Both the position numbers and the translations under genes were made by a program. The notes beneath the pieces are model-generated. The model saw only the letters and a list, made by a program, of their open reading frames with translations, made no database searches and was not told where the DNA came from. A DNA stretch of 64,000 bases from Bilabrum cf. latius (taxonomy: Eukaryota): contig OZ237757.1 of the NCBI GenBank assembly GCA_965178125.1, positions 186,001 to 250,000 of the forward strand, read 5' to 3'. Below are positions 11,701 through 24,391 of this stretch, piece after piece; the stretch's first letter is position 1; each line of letters starts with the position of its first letter.

Positions 11701-14700
11701 TTGCTTCCTGCTGCATTGGTGGGCGAGTCTCCAGAACCCGTGGATCCCGGAGAGTCGCCCGGCAGGCCTTGCGCCGCTGCAGTGGATAACCCCGGTGGGG
11801 TCGTCTAGACATTCGAGGTGTCTGATGCCTGCCTGCCAGAGGAAGGTGAAGTCTGTGCGGCTGGCGGTGCCATCCCCGGAGGTGGCGGGGGTGTGGAGGG
11901 CGGCGAATCGCCAGTGAGCTTGTCTGTTCCTGACTGTGACCCTTGCACGGGCGAGATAACTTCCTGTGCCAGCCCAGATGCCGCTGGCGACGGAGGGGGA
12001 GGCATGCCAGTGGGAGGAGGCGGAAGATTCCCTCCCCCGTTCCCATCACCACTGCCCCGGATCATACTTGGATCTTTGCCAATGTGTCCAGCGGGCGGGG
12101 GAGGGGGCGTGGACGCGCGAGAGGGCGGGCCGGAGGGCGGCAGGCTCTTCGGTGCCTCGGCAGCGTCGCCCCCGTCCTCCCCCAAGCGGTACCCGACATT
12201 GCTGAGCCTGCTGCTGGAGCTAGCACCAGAGGACGGCAGCCTGCCGCGGGCCTGGAGCTCAGTATCCGTGTCCTTGCTGGCTCCTGCTCGAGCCGCTGCC
12301 ACGAGTTGGGCGAAATCGCTCGGTGGATCAGCGTCTGATGCACCTGGCACGAGAGATCCCAACGCACCATCCTGCGCCAGCCTAGCCTTGGAACTCTCCC
12401 AAGATGCGACCAGTGCACCCACAAAGCGTCCAGATGGCCTGCGCCTCCACCAAGCCGAGTTGCGCGGGCGAGTGCTCTGGTTCGCACCGTCATCCGCAGT
12501 CGCACTCGCATCTTCTGCGCCAATATCTGTGAGCACTCCGCCATCGGTTGCACTGGCTGCGGCACGATCATGCGATGCACCTCTCTGCGAGGGAAAGAGC
12601 TCCTCCCTACCCTCTAAACCGCTATCTGGGGGTGCGCCTGGGTCACCGCCGCCCAGGCGCGACTCGTCGCTGCGGTAGGCTCGTAGCCTGGACAAGCGCC
12701 CATTGCGAGCCGGCGAGGGGGCCTCATCGATCTCCATGCGGGCCCGGGGCTCTGCGCGCGGGCCACCGTGCGATGCACCCTGTGGTGGGACACCGACGGC
12801 ACGCGGGGGCGGGGCCCCGAATGCCAGTGCTGCCGGGCTCGCGCCCGCGTCCACAGTCCCAGCCTCGGCTGCCAGCCCGCTCAGAGTGGGTCCCCTGGGG
12901 GATCGAGGCACTGACCTGGACCTGCGCGAGCGCGCTGCGGGTGCCCCGCCCTTCGATGTGTCTGTCAGACTCGGGGTGCCGCTCCTTGCACTCTATCCGG
13001 GTAGGGAGGCATGTGGGGGCCGTGCGCCGCCCCAGCCATCCGCCCCTGGCGCCCCGTACACCGACCGGAGGGCACGCGGCGCCACGTCTTGCACCCCGAT
13101 GCTCGACCCCCGGGTGGGGACACGGCCCCTGGGGGGCTCCTACAGGGGTGTTAGTGGCGCTGCTGCGAGCGCCTGCAGCGCGGCAGACCCACGCCCAATG
13201 GCCGGGCTGGTTGGAGTAGGCATAACCTCGCGCGATGCAGTCGGATCACTTGAAGAACTATTCTCTAGAGGACTCGCGCCGGAGCTCCAATCCGGGAGAG
13301 ACGGCCTTCTTCTCGGCTTCTTCCTTGATGTAGCTGTTTTACTACCACCCAGGGATGCCGAGGATGCCGCCGTGCCGCCCGCTGCGGTCCCTTCAACCTG
13401 CCCTGTCTGGATGCCGCTACTGCCGTCTTCTACGTCGCGTGCCAGTTCGGCCCTGGCCTTGGCCCACATGCCGTCGAACTCGGCTACTCTATCGCTAGCA
13501 CTAATGGAGACATCAGGGATGCGGGTACGCCGCTTGGGACGGGCCGCTCGGGGTGAAGCCAAGATGTCACTGGCGGCCTGTATCCTGGCCTTGAAGCCCG
13601 AAGGAAGCTCTCCTTGTGCACCTGCTCGCGAGCCGGAGCCAGAGCCAGCGCTCGTCCCGGACGCGTCCTGCTCACGTGTGGTACCGCTGCCTCCAGCCAG
13701 GCCGAGCGCCTCCTTCACAGCGGCCCAGTCGTCCTCGTCCATTACCACGTCTTTCTGCAGGAAAGCGAGCACGCTACCGGGGGAAGGTGGCGGCGGTTCG
13801 CTCTCTCCGCCTGAACCTTCTTTTGCCTCTATTGGAGAAGTGTTTCGCGGCGTAGAAGCCTTGGGAGGCGTGCTGGGTGGCGCTGGCAAATCCGATCCAC
13901 TCTGCCCTCGCTGCTGTTGGGAAGCTACCGCCATCACTGTGCCCGACTCTTTCGTCTGATCAGCTTGAACGGGAGAAATCTCACTGCTTGCAGGGCCTTG
14001 CTTCCCAACCCTTGGCGCAAGCTGTGCCCTCAGTCTGGCCAGCTCTGCCTGAAGCGCCTTGAGCTGTTCCTGCAACTGTGTCGCTCTTGCTGACTCCTCC
14101 TGTGCCTTCGCCGATGCCGCCTGCAATTCAGCGAGCGCATCCGAAGCCTTCTCCGCTGAGCGCGCCGCCTGCGATTTCCAGTCTCTCGCCTCCGTTGCTG
14201 CCTCTGCCTCTCGCACGCGAGCCGCGCCCAGCTCCTGCCTGGCCTCTGCCAGCCGCGACTCTAGACCATCCTGCTCGTTCCTCAACTCGAGCTCCGTTCG
14301 CTGCCAAGCTTCCCGCGCCTCTTGTGCTGCTGATTTAGCCGCAGACAGCTACTGCTACAATTCTTGCTTTCCCTCCTCTGCTGCATCCCCGATTGCCTTT
14401 GACTTGGAGCACGCTGCCTCGAGCTCAACCACTTTGTCCTGCATCTCTTTCACGGCCTTTTCGGCGGCTGTGGCACGCGATAACAACCCCTCGGCCCTTG
14501 CCTTGGCCTCGGCCGCCTCTGCTGCTGCATCGCTCGCAGCCTCGAACGCCACAAGCATTCTCATCTAAGTATCTGACCGCGCCTTCTCCGCCTCGTCCGC
14601 CTGCCCCTGCAGCCGCCTCAGCTCTGCCTTATAACCCTCCACATCCACAGCGCTGTCTTGTGGCGCGACTGGCGGAGCCACTACCTTGCTAGCAGCTGCC

Positions 14701-17700
14701 GTTGCCTACTTTTCAAGCCGGTCTACCCGGTCCTTGAGCTCTTCTACCAGTGCGCGGGATCCGTCCAGCTGCCCTCGTGCATGGTCCAGTTCTCGTTGAA
14801 GGCTCGCAAGGCCCGCCTCTGCCTTCTGGCACTTGGCCTGCCACTGTTCGGTCTGTTCGGCGCTGGCCTCGGCTTCCGATCGAGCTTGCTTGGCATCGTC
14901 TGTAGCAGCTTCTGACTTAGAAAAAGCTTCACGCGCATCGTCGAGGGCCTGCTGCTGCGCCTACTTGGCCTGGCCAGCCGCCCGCCGCAGCTCCTTCAGC
15001 TCCTGCTCGGCCAGTGTCACGCGGTGCTCAGCTTCGGCTGCAGCGGTTTCTGCTGCCGACTTGGCTGCGTTCGCATCCGCTGCCGCCTGTTGCGCAGCAT
15101 TTAGCTCGTTCAGGAGCGATGATCCCGTTTCTGGCTGCGCTGCAGGCCCTTGTTCGGCGCCCTCCCCAGTCGCAACTTCTGCCCTTGCAGCAGGCGGAAT
15201 TGAAACAGAGGCAGATACTCCTGCAGCCGACATGTCGCGCGATACTGCGGCGGATTGCGTGGACTGGTTCTCGTCCTTCCGGGCCCGTCTAAGCGCAGCA
15301 AGGGCCGCACTGGTGCCCTCCAGCTCCTCCTCCAGCTGCATCACGCGGCCCGACAGCCGCTCGTTCTGCTCGCGCACGGCATCCAGCTCCGAGTTCGTGC
15401 TGGCGGTATCTTCTCTGTCGGTGGTGGGTGCCTCTGGTTCAGGACCTTTGTCGACGCCATCCATAATGGAATCAGCCAGTAAGGGTGGGCGTGAGACAGG
15501 GCCAACCATGGGCTAAACTGAGCTGCAATCAAGAGAGCTGGGCCTCTGGTCGTCCGTCTCCCGGCTGTTGACCGCAAGCACGGCATCAGCTGCCTTTCTC
15601 GACGACAAACTGTCAGCCAGAGCCGGGGCCCCTCCTTTCCTCAGCAAGCTCAGCGCCTCCTCCGCAGCAGCCGCCCTGTCAATGGCGGCGTTGCACGCCT
15701 CATTTGCCTCATCTGCCTGCTTCCGCGCCTCTAAGGCGGCTTGGCGAGCCCTGGCAGCTTCCTGCTCCAGCTCGCCCTTCCGCGACTCAGCCTCGTCTGC
15801 GTCTGTTTGAGCCTGCTTGGCCAACGACTCGGCCCTCTCGGCCCTGGCAACGGCTCTCTCAAGCTCCGCTTGGCTGAAGGCATCACTTGCATCGATGCCT
15901 GGTGCTGGGGCTTCCGTGGGTGGCACATGAGCAGTCACAGCTGCGCTAGCCTGTTGTAGCCTAGAGACATTCCTCGCAGCCTCGCTCGCCTTCTGGCGCC
16001 ATTGGGATGCCTATGATTCGGCTGCGTCCAACTTTCTGGCGGCTTCGGACTCATTGGCTTTCGCCTCCTGCAGTGCGTACTGCAGCTCGCCCAGTCTCTT
16101 CTCTAGCGCCCTCACCTAGTCGCCTGTCGCGGCGGCCTTTGCCCGCATGGCATCCGCCGTGCTCTGTGCATCCCCCACTTCCTTCTGCAGCGACTCGCAC
16201 CGGCTGTCGAGCTCTTTGTGCGCCTGTCGCAGAGCATCTCTCTCGCGCTGCGTAGCATCGGCAGCTGCCCCTGCATCGCTAGCCCGCCTCTTTGCCAGAG
16301 ACAGCTCCTCCTCCAGCTGGAGGATGCGGCCCTCCGCCTTGGAGGCCAGCGCACGGGCCTCGCTGAGTGCTGTCGCTTCCGAATCGTGGGCCGCACTGGC
16401 TGCATCTGCGTGCTTCCGCTGCTGCTCCTGTAGCCTGGTGCGCATCTGCTATGCTTCATCTTCCGCTGCCTAGGCTCTCCGAGCATCTCTTTCCTGCGCG
16501 TCTTTAGTGGAGGTCAACTAATGCTGCAACGCCGTTGCTTGGGACTTTGCCTGTTTTACATCGGCTCGTGCGTCCTGCAGCTCGGTTTGGAGCCTCTCCT
16601 AGTCAGCCTGCCGTTGCTTTGACGCTGCCTCGGCCACGTCCCGCGCTGCCTTGGCCTCCAGCAAGGCACTTTCTGCAGCCCGCTCCATCTCTCTGGCAGC
16701 ATCAAGCTCCTGCTTCACCTCTTGCAGATACTCCGCCGCCTCGTCCACTCGTGCCTGCAGCGCCTTGCGCTGCTCCTCCAGCGTGGCGATGCGCACCTCT
16801 GCGGCCCGTCTTGCCGAATCGGCCTCCGAGCGGGCCTGGTCTGCCGCATCCGCGCGAGACCTGGCCGTCTCCGCAGCGTGTTTGAGCGAGACGGCCTCCG
16901 CACGAGCATCGCTGGCGCTCCGCTTGGCCGCGTCCAATTCCAGCTCCAGCTGCTGCACCCTCGACTGGGCCGACTGCAGCTGTACTGCCTCTGCCCCGCG
17001 GGCGGCGGCGCTGCCCGCCGCTTGCTCCTGCGCTTCCGACAGCGACTTGAGCGCTTTTTCCTGCCTCGCATTGGCCGCTTCCACCTCTTTCTCCAGCCCC
17101 TACAGCCTCGCTTCGGCTGCTGCCGCGCGCTCTCTCGCCCTCTGCGCATCCTCCGCCTGCTTGGCCCGCTCCTTGTCAGCCTGTTCCCTCGCGGTGCGCA
17201 CCTGCTCGGCTTGTTCCCTGGCAGCGGCTGCATCCTGGGCGGCACGGGCGCTCGATTTACGGAGGGACTCAAGGGCCTGTTCGTGTTCCCTGGCAGCCTA
17301 GCTCGAGCGGACCTCTGCCTCCCTGCGAGCCTCCGCTGCCTGGGCCTCGGCCGCTCGCTGGGCCTCCTCCAGGGCCTCCTTGCGCTGCCTGAGGGCTTGG
17401 AGCTCGTCACGGAGCGCATCTCTCTGCTGCCGCGCATCCACGAGGGACGCAGTCGCCTGCACCTCGGTCCGCCGTGCAGCCTCCGCGGTGGCCTCGGCGG
17501 CCTTGGCACGCGCCTCTGCGTCAGCCTGCCTGACCCTGGCGTAGTCCGCGTCCTTCTCGGCGGCGACCCTTCTCTTCTCCTCGTCGTCGGCTCGGTCTGC
17601 TTGCCACGAGGCTTTCTCGGTGGCAGCGCCGACGTCGGCTTCCGCTTTCTCGACAGCCCGCTCCATGGCCTGCGTGGCTTCTTCTGCTTGCAGTAGGCTG

Positions 17701-20700
17701 TCCTTTGCAGCTTCGTGCGCTTGCTTTGCATCCTGTCGGGCCATTTCGCTCGCGTGCTGCATCTCGCACGACACGGCCTGCAGGCGTGACACCTCTGCTG
17801 CCATTATTGCGTGCCTCTTCACCACCGCCTTGAGCACCATGGCGAGCAGTGAGTGAAGCGAGAAAGAGGCAGGCGGCAGCAGGCTCCATGCCCCGAGGGA
17901 GCCGGCAGGCACTCCAGCCCCCCCTACGTCCGTTGACATACCTGCAGCACTTCCGTTGGTCGCAGTTGCCTGGCTCTCTGACCTCCTTGACCTCAGCTTT
18001 GCCTCCATGATCGCACCCGCCAGCCCAGCAGCCGCATCCCTGACCTCGTCCCTAATTTGGTCCTCTATTCGCAAGGTCTTCTCCATCTGCTGCTGCTGGG
18101 CCCCAGTCGGCCGGGGCCGGATCAACGGGCCCGTCGTGACCTCGGCGACTGGCACAACGCTGCTGCTGCTGCTGTCACCTGCCCCACTTGCGGCACCTGC
18201 GCCACCATTTGCTGCAGCTGCAGTCGCAGCGCCAGCGGGCGCGTGTTCGCCCCACGCAGAAGCATGTGGGAGCAGCAACGGCATCGGGAACGGCGCATCG
18301 CCGCCAAGCCTTCCTGCAAGCATGATGCTGTGCGCTCCGGAGCCAGTCCCAGCGATGGAGTGCCTTCTGATCCGAACACCCGAGGCCTATTGCCCTCGAT
18401 CTGGTGCTGCTGCTCCTGCACCGCCCAGCACGCCCTCAAAGCCAGACAGGACGGCCTCCAGCTCGGTGCGAGTCGCATCGTCCACGCCGGTCGCCTGAAT
18501 CCGTTTCGCGGCAGCCCGTGCCTTTGCCTTTGCCACACCGCCACCGCCCCCTTTCCTGCCCTTGCCATTCCCTTCTCCATGCTTCGTCTCGGTGTGACCA
18601 CCTGGTCCGGGCAGCCTGACACCAGCAGCGGCAGCCACCAGTGCAAGCGTCCTCGCGGCCTCAGTCTCAGATGCCCATGCCCTGCGCTGCCACTCTGCTA
18701 GCGCCGCGCGAGACCGTTTGGCATCCTCTCTGGCCGTACTGCACTGCGCTGCCTCCTGCAGAGCCCGAGCCTCGGCCTGGCGAGCAGCGGCCGCAGCAGC
18801 CTCGGCAAGGGTCTGCTGCTGCGCCATCACCGCCCGCGCCTCCCTGCCGGCGGCGCCGCCGGCCTCCTCAGCCTCCTCCGCGGCTCGTCTCGCCTTGGCG
18901 GCCTTTGAGGAAGCATCGTCTGCCCTCTCCTTCTCGGCCTGCGCGCGCTTCCTCAGCTCATCCAGCTGGCCCAGTGCCGCTTGTTCCCTGCGAATGGCGA
19001 GCTCCGCCTCCTTCTTGGCGGCTTCAGCCTCCTGCGCCCTGGCTTGCACGGCGGCAGCGGACGCAACGGCTTTGCCGGCCTGCACAGTGGCTCGCCTCTC
19101 CGCCTCATGAGCGCGCTTCCTGCTGGCCTCCAGTTGCTTGAGCAGTCTGGATCGCGAGCGGGTGCCCGCTGGCTCGCGCTTCTTGGATCGCGGAGAGCCC
19201 AACGGAGAGCCAGCGTCTAGGCCAAGTCCTGATGTCCCATCCAGCCCGGACGCCACCGTTTCCGCATCCTCCACCTCTTCGTCCTCTCCATCGATGCTTG
19301 CAGCTTCATCGTCCGAGGAGTCCACTGCCGGGCGGCGCCCCAGCAGAGCTCCCACCGATGCCTGCTTCCGGAGCTGGGCGTGGCCCGCCCTGGCTGACTC
19401 TGCGGCCTGCCTCTCCTCTGCCAGCGCGGCCCGCACCTCTCTCAGCTGCTCCTCCAGCTCGATCGCTCGATCGCGCGCGCCCGCCAGTTCCGACAGCATC
19501 AAATGCTTCTGCACCTCCTCCTGCTGCAGCCTCTGCCTCAGACCCTCCTTCCATTGAGCTGTTTCCTCGTGCAGCTCCGAGACCTCTTGCAGGGCAGATG
19601 CAGCCGCTGCGGCACGATGGGTGGCGACGTCTCGCTGGCTGGTGGTTGCAGCCAGGTCGTCTTCAAGCTGCTTGATGGTGCTATGGGCTGCTTCCAGCTG
19701 TGCCTCCAAAGTGCTGTCGTGCTCCCCACCGGCGCTCGACATGCTTTCACCATGCTGCTGCAAGAGTGCCTGCTGCTCCTCTGCAGCCTCTAGCTACCGG
19801 CTCATATGTGCGGTATTTTCTTTCTCTTCCGCAAGGGATAGCCGCAAGGCTTCGATCTGGGCTTTGAGGCTATCACGTTCACCTGTTGCTGCCTCCCTCG
19901 CTGCCATCGCGTCCTCTGCGGTCGCGAGTGCCTGTGCCGCAGCCTGCTTTGCCTCGTCCACCTGCTACTCCATGCTCTCTCTCTCCTGCTCCCGTGCCGC
20001 AGCCGCCTGCTCTGCATGTTCCTGGCTGGATGCCAGCTGGCCGCGCGCCAGGTCTCGCTCTTTGGTCACAGCTTCGAGGGCATTCCGCAGGTAGTCCGCC
20101 TCTTCCGCCGACGCCTGCAGGGCTGTCTGAAGCATCACATGCTGCCGCTTCAGCTTGGCAGCTTGCAGTCGGACGGAACGGGGCGAAGAGGCGAGGGGTG
20201 ACCCTGGAGCGGATCTCTCATGAGGCGTGCCTTCCGCACTTGCAACCGCGGCAGGCCCAGCAACTTGTCCGTTGCTGGGCGTGGAAGCTGCATCGCTGGC
20301 CTGCGAGCTGCCGCCCTGCAGACTAGTGGATGCTCCGTTCGCAGCCTCGGTCTTCTCTTCTTTGTGCTCCCCGTCCTCACTGTCGTCATCGTCCTCTATC
20401 AGCGTCCTATCCTGCATGGCCTGCAGGATCTGCCTCAGCTCACCATTGGCTCGCTGGGCTTGCTCCAGTCGCGAGACAGGGACCATGCCGCCGGGCGATG
20501 CATGCTAGCGACCCTCGGCTGATTTACGCTCGGCCGACCCAGGCCCACTGCGAGCTGAACTCACTTTGCCGGCGGGCGTAGCGCTGGCTCGCAGCGATTT
20601 ACGCAGGTCCTGCGCCTCCTCCTCGGCGTCGACGAGCATCTGCCTCGCTTCATGCAGCTGCCTGTCCTTTGCATCGGCGATTTCCTTGCTGCGAGCAAGC

Positions 20701-23231
20701 TCCTGATCCTGCGCATGCTTGGCCTGGCGGAGCCGGTCCAGCTCTTGCCACAGAGCAGACGGCGTCGGCGTCACGGGTGGGTGTGTCTACTGCTACCGCG
20801 CACCGCCATCGATGCCGCTCCCGAGCCTGGCCTGTGGTGGCTCAGTAGCACGATTCTTTGTAGGAGTTTCGGTGGGAGGGTCGTACATGGACGTCGCGTC
20901 GCTGCCTGCTGGCTCTGCAGCCTACGCTGAGCCGATACTGGCCACGCCGTCCCCAGAGACCAGTGCACCTGACATGGGGCTGTGTCTGGCGCTCACCCTT
21001 CGGGGCGATGACTCTCGGGGAGACCGCACCATCACCGCAGTCGGGGCGATAGCGCGGTCCCCAGTCGAGGTGTCCAGCGACCGGCTCTTGCTAGCTGGCG
21101 CGCTAGCATCAGGGGCATCCGGCTCCTCCTGGGGCTAGCCTGCATCTGCCGCACCGTCTATTGTCTCGGGGCGCGGCGGAGTCGGCGCCTAAGAATCTGC
21201 GCCGTCAATATTGACGTTCGAATGTGCAACTTCCCCATTGCCACGTTCTTGCGCAGCTCCAGCCCCAGGGCCGTCCTTGCCATTTTCTAGCTCGCCCTAC
21301 ATGTCTGCATCAACATCGCCACCACCATCACCTTCCGGTCTTTGCCCTTGCGTTTCTTTAGACTTGCCCGATGCAAATCGAGCTGCCAGCGCAAGTGCAC
21401 GGACTGCCCGTGCCACCTCCATGGGATCCACCCCTTCGTCCCGGTCCCTTGCGCTGGATGGATCTACCGATTCGCCAGCGCTGCTGCTACCAACGCGACC
21501 ACTTTGCCTATAAGTCTATAGCTTTGTGCCACCCGGGGGGCCGACCACCGACGGTGGCCTGCCTGGTGGCACGCCGCTACCATGCGGCTCGGCGGTGGCG
21601 GCGATCGAACTCGCCGGCGATGTATCCGATAGCAGCGGGTCGGGCGCTCTCTTCAAGAGGAAGGGAGGGTCGTACTTGCTTTCAACTGCCTGTTCATCCG
21701 AGCTTGCAAGACTGGCGTTTGACTTGTCTTTCATATGATGCACAGTTCCGTCGACGTTACCATGCTTTTGCACGCCCTCCACTGCCCGCCTCCCACCGGC
21801 CCGTGGAGCCGACTGGGACCTGGGGGTCTGCATGGGCGCGTACAGCGAGCTCGAGGGCGACCTTTGTTCCCTAGGGGCACCCTATCGGCGTGCAGATGGA
21901 GGCCCTGGGGGTCCGCTCGGTGGCAAGCCGTGATCCGATCCGCTTGTTCCCTGGAAACCAGGCTGCCAGCCAGCCTGGGCAGCTCCGCTGGCCCGCTTAG
22001 GGTTCACGGGGGCGGCTTCGGCGCCATCAGGCTCTGCACTGCCGTTCGATGCACCCATGAGGGAGTCCGAAGGCGGCTGCTTCAGCCTGGATCTGGACCT
22101 CTTGCTGAGGGGCCGATGCCTGACGGGGCCCACTGACTGCGACCTGCCTGGCCCTGCGATGCTGGCGCTGCTGCCTGCCATCGATCGGACCTGAGACGTG
22201 GCTACGCCTTTGTCCCCTGCAGTACTTGCACTAGTCCCAGCAGCTGCTTGCTGTCCTCCATCACCCCCTCGCAATTTGAATGAGGCTGCCTGGGCCCTAG
22301 GTGGCCTCCAGGGCCGGTTGCGGCCCGATAGGGAAGGTGGCGCGTTGGGGCGATGGGGCTGGGCAGAGGATGCACGGCTGCTGGTTGGCGCTGCGGTTCT
22401 ACGAGTATTTGAATGGCCATTGCTATGATAATATGTGCTGCTTCCAAGCTTGTCGCGGCTTGCAGTAGATCGCCCCAGGCTGCCGCTTGGCGGCAGGCTA
22501 GGGCCCTCGTTTGCACCATCGTGCACTGCAGCTACGGGCCCACTGGCCCTAACTTGCTGCCTCTGCAGCCGGCCAGTCCCATTAGAAGGCGACTGATGCC
22601 CTTTGGATTGTGACTATGACGGCGATGCGCGCGGAGACCGGAATATGTCTCGCAAGGCGCGCTTGGTGGGGGTGGAGGAGCCACTGCCAGAAGTACCCGC
22701 AGGGGGAATTTTTCCATTTCGAGAGCTGGATGGGCTAGCAAATACTCCAGTTCGACTGCTGCTACCCCTGCCAGCGGGCCTATCCCGTCTCGCCGCCTCG
22801 ATGAGTTCCTGCAGGTTCATCGGGCCTTGCGTGGCACCTGTCTGGGAGTGAGCAACCCCTGGTGATAGGCGCGGGGAGCGTCTTCTCCGCGATACTGACT
22901 CTTCTACCAAGGATTGGAAGCTCTTGCTGGTGCTAGATGGTGAAAGGGTTTGGATGGGGCTGCGCCTTGATGCGACCGAGCTGGCAAGATCAGCGTTTGT
23001 TGGGCGCTTGGCTGATCTACTCCGGCGCAGCTCATCCGCCCTCGCCCTCACACGAGCTCTAGCAAGCGCAATTTTGCTATTTCTGCTGGAATGAGTTGTT
23101 GAGCGGTCAGCACTTGCCCCAGGCGTATGAGGTGCTAGCTTAGAATCAGGCGAGGAGTCTCTTCGGCTACCGGATTCTCCAAAGGACTGCAAGCGTGAAG
23201 CCAGAATGATAGAATTCCAAATATAATACAT
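8745..23231 (-). CDS. Giant (~4,800 aa) Ala/Glu/Gln-rich coiled-coil protein with a Pro/Gly/Ser/Lys-rich tandem-repeat C-terminus
   Basis: Minus-strand ORFs ending at 22614, 21882, 21516, 20505, 19965, 18387, 17298, 16599, 16116, 15513, 14961, 14355, 13140, 11805 and 8763 all share one frame. The gaps I read contain only TAG. Terminal TGA at 8745-8747 (...PPPPQRGGGK*). Start uncertain: ATG 23231 or a later Met. Confidence 0.75.
8829..11477. repeat. Coding minisatellite: 8 near-identical ~297-bp units plus a partial unit, with optional 27-bp modules
   Basis: Units begin at about 8906, 9203, 9527, 9851, 10175, 10526, 10850 and 11174 (spacing 297, 324 or 351 bp). The minus strand encodes PPPPKAGGM...KPGASPSGSKGM...RRSPSPSGSRGSRGSGRASPSPP. 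Confidence 0.95.
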
Positions 23232-24129
23232 ATTTAAAGGCCACGATAGACTAAAGCATTCAATAATGGGCGAATCCAAATGAACACCATTAGCGATTTC
23301 GAGACGTTGCGATACAAGCCAAACCAAGACAAAATACATGCCGTTTTGCAACATACCTATCGGCCCGACTCCCTAGCCCATGCATCTACTTCTCTTAAAA
23401 GCTATGAAGTTCTATCATCGGGATCCATCCCCGCCGGGAAAGAACGTGGAAGTCTGCCGATTTTCAATCCTAAATGGCACGCAACCCGTTCCATTATATC
23501 GTATACTGAGAATTTGGGTTTTAGGCTGACACTCGACACCCGACAACTCCGCGAATGAGTGTCATATATTGAAATGTAGTGTATCGTGATGCTGCAAGGA
23601 TTTATCCGGCAAGATTCCATGAATTTATCACAATTCAAGACAATCAAATTGCTGCGAAGTGCAACTACCGCGCTTTCGGGACAGGCATGAGGTTTCAATA
23701 AGTGTTATTCGGTGTATGGACATGAATGCATAGAGTGCCAGGTGTGCACGCTTGAATGTGGGTATGGGAATATAGGTTGTAGACCCATTCTGAGTACAAA
23801 CCTTCTCCAGCCAAGCGAAGCGCGTTCAATGCCAGTGGATCCATATTCTCGTGAAATTTCGTAAATTGCTACAATCAAGTCAAGTAAAGCTCATTTTACG
23901 GCGGTTCAGGATTGCTGCATCGCCGATAAAAGACTGGTCTTGTCATGTGACAGACCCGCCCGGTATACTGCGACCCACTCCACGCGCGGCCTCCCACTCT
24001 CGAACGAAGGACGCGGGCTTCATCGGCTCCCGCAGCCTGCAGCGTTGGTCAGTACCTACAAGCTCTCGATATACCCGCCCAGTCAGGCCGCTTCCGCCGA
24101 TATCGCCACGCAAAAGCCACTATCACCAC

Positions 24130-24177
24130 CCTGTCCCTGTCCCTGTTCCTGTCCCTGTTCCTGTCCCTGTCCCTGTC
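24130..24177. repeat. Hexamer microsatellite (CCTGTC/CCTGTT)n, intergenic or UTR
   Basis: Directly visible. Confidence 0.85.
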
Positions 24178-24391
24178 ACTTGCATCGCTGGTCCCATGAA
24201 CGGCAGCTGGGATCTCCACCCTCAGGGCGCCCGCTCCATGGCCCTACCCTCTCTGGCGGCCTGGTGTGCCAGTCTGGCGTCTCTGTGTGACGAGTGCTCG
24301 ACCCTCCGCCGCGCGACACGACTGCCAGTCTGCGATCGAGCCCATCCGTTCCGAAACAGTGCTATCCTATCAAACCCACGCACAGTCACAA

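Noticed and set aside
8726-11808. 988-aa plus-strand ORF and 922-aa alternative minus-frame ORF as overlapping genes
   Set aside because: Shadows of a GC-rich repeat whose unit length is a multiple of 3. Only the Pro/Lys-rich frame is continuous with the upstream gene.
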